Below the pieces are notes generated by a model. That model was not told the DNA's origin, made no database searches, and worked only from the letters and a program-made list of their open reading frames with translations. Of a stretch of DNA of 64,000 nt, positions 57,160 through 64,000 are shown piece after piece (positions within the stretch are counted from its first letter, which is position 1; every line of letters begins with the position of its first letter). Made by a program: the position numbers and the translations under genes. Source of the stretch: Acidobacteriota bacterium (GTDB taxonomy: Bacteria; Acidobacteriota; UBA6911; RPQK01; CBDDCF01). The stretch spans positions 11,310-75,309 of the forward strand of contig CBDDCF010000019.1 of the NCBI GenBank assembly GCA_965225995.1, written 5' to 3'.

Positions 57160-57217
57160 AGTCTGGCGATCAAAAATCATCCCGATTGGCAACGGGAACT
57201 TCCCGGACAGTGCACTA
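57160..57217. repeat. solo IS630-type end remnant
   Basis: ...GGGAACTTCCCGGACAGTGCACTAG matches the reverse complement of the IS630 left end (CTAGTGCACTGTCCGGAAAGTTCCC). The 40 nt upstream weakly resemble the IS630 subterminal sequence. No transposase and no second end. Confidence 0.6.
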
Positions 57218-58612
57218 GGGAACTCCCAGCTGCCGCGCAAGTGTCCGGTAGTTGGCCTGGTAGGCGAGTTGATCAGGAGCCAGTCGTGTGGCGGCCATGT
57301 ATTCGCCTAGCGCCTCCTGGCGCCTTCCTTGGGCGAAGTAGATATTGCCCAACAGATTGCGGAGTTCCGGATTCCCAGGGCGAAGCCGGCGTGAAGTCTC
57401 CGCCTGCTTGGCCGCTTCGGCAAGATCTCGCTCCTGGTAATTCAAGTAGGCCGCCAGAAAAGTGGTTTCGGCGGACTCGCGCCCGGCCTTGCTCAGGTTG
57501 GACAACTCCTGGCGGGCCTGGCCCAGAACTCCCGAAGAGAGATAAATCTGAATGAGTTGGGCTCGTGCGAAATGGTGATCAGGGTCGAGTTCGAGAGCTC
57601 TCAAGAAACTGGCGCGAGCAGCTCCGACATTGCCCGCCTGTAGCTGCTGGGCTCCCTGGTTTGCCAGTTGGAGGAGGCTCTGAGCTCGGTTCTTGACCGC
57701 TTCCTCGGACCGGAAGAGCTCTTGGTAGCGGCTCAAGGCAGCTCGTGACTCATCCCGGTTTCCCAGTCTTCGGTGTGCGTTGCCCAGATCAAACAACACC
57801 CGAGCCGGTGCGTCCTCCAGTTGGCTCGCTCTCTCCAGGTAGCCGACGGCAGCTTCGAACTCGCCCATGTCGGCTGCGATGATTCCCTGCAAATGGAGGT
57901 AGTTGGGCTCGGCGCTCTGCCGTTCAACCGCCATCTCAATGACCCGCTTGGCGGCTGGGAGATTGTTGCCGAAACGAAGCGTACGGGCCATCTCATAGTA
58001 GGCTTCGGGCTCGTCCGGTCGTGCATCGACGGCGTCTTCGAGGCTGGTCAGGGCGGCTTCAAGTTGCTCTGCCAGAATCTGCAGTTTTCCTTGCCGAAGC
58101 AATACCCGGGGATCATTGGGAGCCCGCTGGCCGAAGTTCTTCAGGGCAGCTAAGGCTTCGTCGTATTGCTTCAGGTCGAGGAAGAGTTCCGACAGTAACC
58201 AGAAGCTCTCGGACGGCAGGATTGAACTGTCGGGCACACTCTCTAGCAATTGTGCCGCCTGGGCCTTCCGATCCAACTTTGCCATCAACTGAGCCAGCTC
58301 GAAGAGCTGGGGGCCAGTCAAGTCACTAGGAAAAGGCATGACGGCTAGCTCCGAGGCAGCGTCCTGATCCCGTCCATCCAGGGCTAAAGCCTTGATCGAA
58401 TAGAGAAAAGGGAATGATTGCTTCGGATCCTTCTGTTTGATTTCATCGAGAAGGTGCAAGGCAGTCAAATAGTCTCCCGCTTGCAAAGCCTCGGCCCAAG
58501 GCTGTCCGTTCAGGCTGTGCGAGCTCGAACAAAACAGCAGCGCCACCAGCAGAAGTTGCGGCTGGAAGGGGCTCAAAGTGAAGCTGGGAAAGTGGATTCG
58601 CTTCATGCTCAT
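57215..58612 (-). CDS. TPR-repeat protein, secreted
   Basis: 465-aa ORF with a signal-like N-terminus (LLLVALLFCSSSHSLNGQ) and multiple TPR units. Its stop codon TAG lies in the terminal CTAG of the IS630 remnant. Confidence 0.8.
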   Translation of the reverse strand: MSMKRIHFPSFTLSPFQPQLLLVALLFCSSSHSLNGQPWAEALQAGDYLTALHLLDEIKQKDPKQSFPFLYSIKALALDGRDQDAASELAVMPFPSDLTGPQLFELAQLMAKLDRKAQAAQLLESVPDSSILPSESFWLLSELFLDLKQYDEALAALKNFGQRAPNDPRVLLRQGKLQILAEQLEAALTSLEDAVDARPDEPEAYYEMARTLRFGNNLPAAKRVIEMAVERQSAEPNYLHLQGIIAADMGEFEAAVGYLERASQLEDAPARVLFDLGNAHRRLGNRDESRAALSRYQELFRSEEAVKNRAQSLLQLANQGAQQLQAGNVGAARASFLRALELDPDHHFARAQLIQIYLSSGVLGQARQELSNLSKAGRESAETTFLAAYLNYQERDLAEAAKQAETSRRLRPGNPELRNLLGNIYFAQGRRQEALGEYMAATRLAPDQLAYQANYRTLARQLGVP

Positions 58613-58682
58613 CGTGGTTCGTCCAATTCTACAACAACCGGAAGGAATGGAACTGGGACACGGATTTTCCTATACTCAAGCA

Positions 58683-60364
58683 ATGTCCATAGCGAATGCT
58701 GGGCGAGTTGGTCTGAGGCTAATCCTGCTCTCATTACTCTTGACGAGCGGAGCCGCGCAGGGCCAGGAACGAATTCGCTTGACCGGGGCGGGAAGTTCAA
58801 GTAAGCCAGCCCTCCGTTTCTCGAGGGCCACGACCAGCGCCGGACTTAGTTCCAGTCATGGCTACACAGCCGAGCTTCCAAGCGATCCTCAGAAAGCCGT
58901 CAGCGGAGTGGCGGCTGGCGATATTGATGGCAATGGCTTTATCGACTTGTATGTTATACGCGGGAACGTAGATTCCAACTATCTGTTCTTGAATCAGGGA
59001 GACGGCACTTTCAGCTCCCTCGCTGCCGAGTGGGGCGTGGACATTTCCGGCGAGCATGGATCGGGTCCCAGCTTCTCGGATTTTGATGGCGACGGCTGGC
59101 TGGATCTCTTACTCGGTGGCGTAAACGGTACAAAGCCGCGACTATTTCGCAACGTAGAGGGGCAGCGGTTCGAGGAGATGGAGGCTTCCGGCATCCGGGC
59201 CGACGGTGATACTTTCTCGAGCAGCTTGGCCGACTACGATCGTGACGGCGACCTCGACCTGTTCCTCACTCATTGGAGCGGCGGACCTCACCTCGGAATC
59301 ACAACCGACCAGATTCACCTCTGGCGGAATAACGCGGATGGGACGTTTAGCGGCATGCTCGATACCGACATAGGCTTGGATTACTTTCAGGAAGAGCAAG
59401 ACTTCTCGCTGACCGGTAACTTTGCCGACATCAACAATGACGGTTGGCTCGATCTGCTGGTAGCCGCAGACTTTGGAACCAGCCAGGTGTTCTTGAGCCA
59501 GCGCGACGGTACGTTCAGGAACATCACGGATTCGAGTGTCATCACAGACGAGAACGGGATGGGTGCCGCGATTGGCGATTATGACCACGATGGTGATCTT
59601 GACTGGTTCGTGTCCAGCATCTATGACGAGGAGCAGGCGATCGGCTGGGGAGAGAGCGGGAATCGAATGTACAGGAACCGAGGGGACGGCAGCTTCGAGG
59701 ATGCCACTGACGAAACCGGCGTTCGGATCGGCTACTGGGGGTGGGGATCCTGTTTCGCCGATTTTGACAACGATGGGAACATCGATCTCTTTCACGTCAA
59801 TGGTTTTCAGCCGCTGCAGGGTAGGGAAGGGTCTGCCACCGGTGAGGTCTTCCTCGATGACCCCTCCCGACTGTTCCTTTCCAATGGACTCGGGAGCTTC
59901 GATGAAGTTTCGCAGCAGGTCGGGATAATTGACCGGGGTCAGGGTCGCGGTGTCGTGTGCTTCGACTACGACCGGGACGGTGACATCGATCTCTTTGTGG
60001 CGAATAACTCGGACTCTCACCGGCTCTTCCGCAACGATCTCGAACCGGGGCACAATTACATCGGAATTCGACTCCGGGCTGAAGGCATGAACCGAGAGCC
60101 GTCGGGGCCCGTATCTATGTTACGGTCAACGGAGTGACTCAAATGCAAGAGCTGCGGTCGGGGAGCAATTACGTCTCGCAGCAACCCTGCGAGGCCCACT
60201 TCGGGCTGGGAACAGCCAGCGTCGTTGATCGATTGTCCGTTGTCTGGCCGGACGGAGAAGTCGATGTTTTTCACGAGGTGCCAGCCAATCGTTTCCTAGT
60301 ACTCGAAAAGGAAAAGAACTATCCCCGGACTCTGGTTCGACGCGGTTGGCAGCGACGACCCTAG
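58683..60364 (+). pseudogene. CRTAC1-family protein (FG-GAP/VCBS + ASPIC/UnbV), one 1-nt frameshift
   Basis: ORF 58578..60137 (start moved to ATG 58683, MSIANAGRVGLRLILLSLLLTSGAAQG) carries the repeats. ORF 60134..60364 carries the rest of the UnbV domain (ELRSGSNYVSQQPCEAHFGLG...VVWPDG). Adding one G to the GGGG run at 60104..60107 gives NREPSGARIYVTVNGVTQMQEL. Confidence 0.8.
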
Positions 60365-60387
60365 GTTTGGAAAACCTAAATCCTAAA

Positions 60388-60459
60388 CTCGAAGCACGAG
60401 AGGAAGCTCGAAATCCCAAGTCTCAAACCCGGATGAATTCACGCGTGTATTATTCGGAC
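60388..60459. repeat. partial copy of the 22306-type repeat followed by a back-to-back pair of IS1380-type ends
   Basis: CTCGAAGCACGAGAGGAAGCTCGAAATCCCAAGTCTCAAA resembles the arm at 22306. CCCGGATGAATTCACGCG / CGCGTGTATTATTCGGAC (60428..60459) is a 32-nt palindrome made of two end-like motifs. Confidence 0.4.
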
Positions 60460-60502
60460 TAAGTAGAGACAAGGCTTCGCTGGCCTCGCGGCGGTTTCCT
60501 TC

Positions 60503-62311
60503 ATGTCAGCCAATTTCTTTCCGGATCTGCGCGGTTTTCTGGAAGCGCTTGACGAGCGGAAGGACTTGGTCCGAGTCCAGGCACCAGTCGATCCGTTCCT
60601 CGAAGCGCCTGAGATTCACCGGCGGGTCATCGCTGCCGGGGGACCTGCCCTCCGTTTTGACAACCCTACTGGTTCGGACTTCCCGCTAGTCACCAATCTG
60701 TTCGGAACCGCTGATCGAGCTCTCCTCGCCTTTGGTCAGCGCCCCGGCCGGCTTATCCGGCAGCTGGTAGAAACGCTGCCGGAACTTCTCCCGCCCCGTT
60801 TCGCCGCGCTCTGGAAGACGCGCAGCTTGTGGGCCGAGCTCCTCAGAGTGGGGACCAGGACCGACTCAAGAGGCGGAGTCTTGGAAGTGCTCGACTCCAA
60901 ACCCGATCTGAATCGCCTGCCCTCGTTTACCTGCTGGCCTGAAGACGGTGGCCCATTCATCACCCTTCCGCTGGTGCATACTTCCCATCCCCAGGGGTTG
61001 GGGGACAATCTGGGGATGTACCGAATGCAAGTATTCGGCCCCCGGCATACGGGCATGCACTGGCAGATTGGAAAAGGGGGCGGATTCCACTACCAGGTGG
61101 CGGCGGATCGGGGCGAAGTATTGCCGGTGACAGTCTTTCTGGGAGGACCCCCGGCTCTGATTCTCAGCGCGATCGCTCCTCTGCCTGAGAACGCTCCTGA
61201 AATGCTCCTGGCGTCGTTGATCTTGGGGAAGCGAATCGGGCTTTGCCGGGGCCCGGAGGGGAGACGGCTGGTAGCCGGGGCGGAATTTGCCTTGATTGGA
61301 GACGTCGCGCCCGGGGAATGCCTTCCCGAAGGCCCATTTGGAGACCACTACGGATACTATTCCCTGCAGCATGCTTACCCGGTTTTTCGCGTCCGCTCAA
61401 TGGCTCATCGCCGCGACGCAATTTATCCGGCGACGGTAGTTGGCAAGCCCCGGCAGGAAGACTTCTTCATCGGTGATCTTCTCCAAGAATTGCTCTCTCC
61501 CCTCTTCCCCCTGGTCATGCCGGCGGTCGAGGATCTCTGGTCATACGGCGAGACAGGCTACCACTCGCTGGCCGCAGCTGTTGTCAAGGAGCGATATCAA
61601 CGGGAAGCCATGACGAGCGCTTTTCGGATTCTGGGGGAAGGACAGCTTTCCCTCACCAAGTTCCTCTTCCTAACGAACCAGAAGGTCGATTTGCGGGACT
61701 TTCGGGCCACCCTCCAACACATTCTCGAGCGCACTCATTCCGAGACTGATCTCTACGTTTTCCCCAATCTCGCGATGGACACGCTCGATTACACCGGGCC
61801 CCAGGTCAATCGAGGATCCAAGGGGGTGTGGCTGGGACTGGGAGACTCCTACCGAGAATTGCCTGGAGAGTTTGCCGCTGCCACTCTTCCCCAGGGGGTG
61901 GACGAGATCGAAGTCTTCTGCCCCGGTTGCCTGGTCATCAATGGCCCCGATTTCGAAACTGAGCCGGATGCCGGTGAGCGGTTGGCAGGAGCGGCCGAGT
62001 TTTCGGGTTGGCCCCTGATCGTTCTCAGCGATGAACCGCGCCGCGCGGCACGCAGTGCGATGAACTTCCTGTGGACCACTTTTACCCGCTTCGAGCCGGC
62101 AACCGACATCTACTCGGCCCGAATGCAGACAGTCCGAACCCACCTGGCGCTGCATGAACCGATTCTCATCGACGCGCGGATTAAGCCATGGTATCCCAAG
62201 GAACTCTCCTGTTCGGAGGAAGTGGCCCGGCAAGTCACCCGGCGCTGGAAGGAGTATTTTCCGGAGCGCAGAGTCGAGATGGGGGACTCCGAAAAGGGTC
62301 ATCTCGATTGA
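60503..62311 (+). CDS. UbiD-family (prenylated-FMN dependent) decarboxylase
   Basis: 602-aa ORF. The UbiD-like N-terminus (LRGFLEALDERKDLVRVQAPVDP.LEAPEIHRRV) and core (GMYRMQVFG...HWQIGKGGGFH) fit the family. The length fits the long menaquinone-type subgroup. Confidence 0.85.
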   Translation: MSANFFPDLRGFLEALDERKDLVRVQAPVDPFLEAPEIHRRVIAAGGPALRFDNPTGSDFPLVTNLFGTADRALLAFGQRPGRLIRQLVETLPELLPPRFAALWKTRSLWAELLRVGTRTDSRGGVLEVLDSKPDLNRLPSFTCWPEDGGPFITLPLVHTSHPQGLGDNLGMYRMQVFGPRHTGMHWQIGKGGGFHYQVAADRGEVLPVTVFLGGPPALILSAIAPLPENAPEMLLASLILGKRIGLCRGPEGRRLVAGAEFALIGDVAPGECLPEGPFGDHYGYYSLQHAYPVFRVRSMAHRRDAIYPATVVGKPRQEDFFIGDLLQELLSPLFPLVMPAVEDLWSYGETGYHSLAAAVVKERYQREAMTSAFRILGEGQLSLTKFLFLTNQKVDLRDFRATLQHILERTHSETDLYVFPNLAMDTLDYTGPQVNRGSKGVWLGLGDSYRELPGEFAAATLPQGVDEIEVFCPGCLVINGPDFETEPDAGERLAGAAEFSGWPLIVLSDEPRRAARSAMNFLWTTFTRFEPATDIYSARMQTVRTHLALHEPILIDARIKPWYPKELSCSEEVARQVTRRWKEYFPERRVEMGDSEKGHLD

Positions 62312-62320
62312 GATCGAGAG

Positions 62321-62531
62321 CCGGATGGGCTCGACCGCCGGTCCTGAGGATGGGGGCAGGATCATCAGAGCTCTGTACAGGTGAATGAGGTCGCTTGACG
62401 ATGGGTGGATTCGCGCCCCACTTTTCAGAGCCCCGAGCCTGCGAGGGGGGAAAGCGTCTCAGGTTGACGCAAACTCCCGGCAGGTCTTCTCCGGGCCTCG
62501 TCGGTTTGAGGCGCAGTGAAACTTCGCTGGC
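62321..62531 (+). repeat. dispersed gene-3'-proximal repeat, family A, copy 2
   Basis: Reverse complement of 9546..9745. It begins 10 nt after the ubiD-family stop. Confidence 0.7.
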
Positions 62532-62684
62532 TCACCCGACAGCAATCCGAGGGCGCCTGCGGCGCGAGATGAAACTTGATTCTAAGGCACAGGCTTTGCG
62601 CCTTATGGGCGCGCTAGTTGCGCCAAAACGGCGCCCGGGCATAAACTGAACTCTTGATTTGCGACAATCACCGGGGGAGTTTCC

Positions 62685-64000
62685 GTGGGCATTGTGGAAA
62701 AAGAGAATATAAGCGATTCGGAAAACGAAAGTATCGAAACACGTGAGTGGTTAGAGTCGCTAGACTATGTCATCTCCGATGGGGGGGGAGAACGGGCCAG
62801 GCGGCTCCTGCACCGCCTTCAAATACACGCCCAGAAGAGCGGCGTCTCGATCCCCTTCTCAGCCAACACGCCTTATCTCAATACCATCCCCGCCAGCCAG
62901 CAAGCTCCCTTTCCAGGCAGCCGTGAGATTGAGCGCCGGATCAAGAGTCTCAATCGTTGGAATGCCATGGCGATGGTGGTCAAGGCCAACGATGAACTTG
63001 GCGGCATCGGTGGACACATTTCCACCTATGCTTCCGCAGCTACCATGTATGAAGTCGGCTTCCATCACTTCTTCAAAGGACATGACGCCCCCGGTGGTGG
63101 CGACCAGATCTTCTTTCAAGGACACGCTTCGCCGGGAATCTACGCCCGGGCTTTTCTGGAGGGGCGTTTGACGGAAGGTCAACTCGGGCGTTTCCGGCGT
63201 GAACTGGATCCGGACGGAGGCCTCCCCTCTTACCCTCATCCCTGGCTAATGTCGGACTTCTGGGAGTTTCCCACAGTGTCGATGGGGCTCGGTCCCATCA
63301 TGGCGATTTACCAGGCCCGTTTTAACCGCTACCTCGCCGATCGCAATATCAAGAACACTTCCGGAGGTCACGTTTGGGCGTTCGTGGGCGACGGAGAAAC
63401 GGATGAGCCGGAGTCCTTGGGAGCGATCAGCCTGGCTGCCCGCGAGGGGCTCGACAATCTCATCTTCGTGATCAACTGCAATCTGCAGCGACTGGACGGA
63501 CCGGTTCGGGGCAATGGGAAGATCATCCAGGAACTGGAACGAATTCTTCGAGGCGCTGGTTGGAACGTTATCAAGGTGGTTTGGGGAAGTGCCTGGGATC
63601 GGCTCCTCGAAATGGATGATGAGGGCCATCTGGCAGCCAAGCTGGAAGCCACTCTGGACGGGGAATGGCAGCGCTATTCAGCTATTGGAATCGAGGTCTT
63701 TCGCCAAGAGTTCTTTCTGGCTGACCCCAAGCTGCGTCGGATTGGCGAGGCAGTTCCGTTGAACCATTTTGAAAGGCTGCGTCGCGGTGGACACGATCCC
63801 GAGAAGGTTTACGCAGCTTTCCGAGCGGCCACCGAACACGAGGGGAGCCCTACAGCAATTCTGTGCAAAACCGTCAAGGGCTACGGCATGGGAACGGCTG
63901 GGGAAGCCAGGAACATCACACACCAGCAAAAGGTGTTGAACGAGAAGCAACTCGTCTATTTTCGCGATCGCTTCAACATCCCACTCTCGGATGAGCAGGC
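62685..64000 (+). CDS. aceE: pyruvate dehydrogenase E1 component, homodimeric type (partial, runs off window end)
   Basis: Own translation from GTG 62685, with GGGGGAG 6 nt upstream: ...[11 protein letters not shown]...NTPYLNTIP...[22 protein letters not shown]...[23 protein letters not shown]...[45 protein letters not shown]. The frame is open to the window edge. It is not in the ORF track because it has no stop. Confidence 0.9.
   Translation, partial: MGIVEKENISDSENESIETREWLESLDYVISDGGGERARRLLHRLQIHAQKSGVSIPFSANTPYLNTIPASQQAPFPGSREIERRIKSLNRWNAMAMVVKANDELGGIGGHISTYASAATMYEVGFHHFFKGHDAPGGGDQIFFQGHASPGIYARAFLEGRLTEGQLGRFRRELDPDGGLPSYPHPWLMSDFWEFPTVSMGLGPIMAIYQARFNRYLADRNIKNTSGGHVWAFVGDGETDEPESLGAISLAAREGLDNLIFVINCNLQRLDGPVRGNGKIIQELERILRGAGWNVIKVVWGSAWDRLLEMDDEGHLAAKLEATLDGEWQRYSAIGIEVFRQEFFLADPKLRRIGEAVPLNHFERLRRGGHDPEKVYAAFRAATEHEGSPTAILCKTVKGYGMGTAGEARNITHQQKVLNEKQLVYFRDRFNIPLSDEQ

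Noticed and set aside
62395-62649. ORF family starting MTMGGFAPHFSEPRACEGGK (also at 9356..9670) and MILPPSSGPAVE (9700..9966, 61670..62365) as a conserved small protein
   Set aside because: The similarity is at the DNA level within repeat family A and ends where the repeat ends. The downstream protein sequences are unrelated.

Overview
GC-rich bacterial chromosomal segment in which a normal backbone is heavily invaded by mobile DNA. Backbone genes are a cyclophilin, M14 peptidase, pirin, MobA, a beta-lactamase-fold hydrolase, a UbiD-family decarboxylase and AceE. Lineage-typical genes are two PadR + ADOP-type duplicated FtsX/MacB permease modules, a LolD-like ATPase with a 1117-aa FtsX permease, a BNR/sortilin-like protein, two CRTAC1/ASPIC-UnbV proteins, and TPR and Ser/Thr-kinase-TPR proteins. 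Together these suggest Acidobacteriota, but that is inference only. Two edge-truncated genes are missing from the ORF track: 1..1587 on the minus strand and aceE at 62685..64000. Mobile content comprises two IS630 copies plus a solo end, and two inverted IS1182-family copies, one carrying a nonsense mutation. One IS1380-family element carries a nested IS1182. A second IS1380-like element is split by a 2.1-kb IS1595-family element with an exact 8-bp target duplication. There is also an IS21-like unit with two extra translationally coupled ORFs, a frameshifted large serine recombinase element, a truncated rve transposase, IS5 and hldE stubs, and a 176-bp MITE with TTAG duplications. A 3' fragment of tRNA-Pro sits next to phased 10-bp direct repeats. 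At least five dispersed intergenic repeat families occur. Seven single-base frameshifts at homopolymers are concentrated in five genes. The best candidate for something undescribed is the 1.1-kb non-transposase cargo of the IS1595-family element: small ORFs including a zinc ribbon, promoters embedded in the terminal repeats, and an antisense hairpin/terminator RNA candidate. The IS21-like four-gene operon is second. No CRISPR array, rRNA or intact tRNA was seen. All family assignments rest on motif recognition by eye, not on searches.
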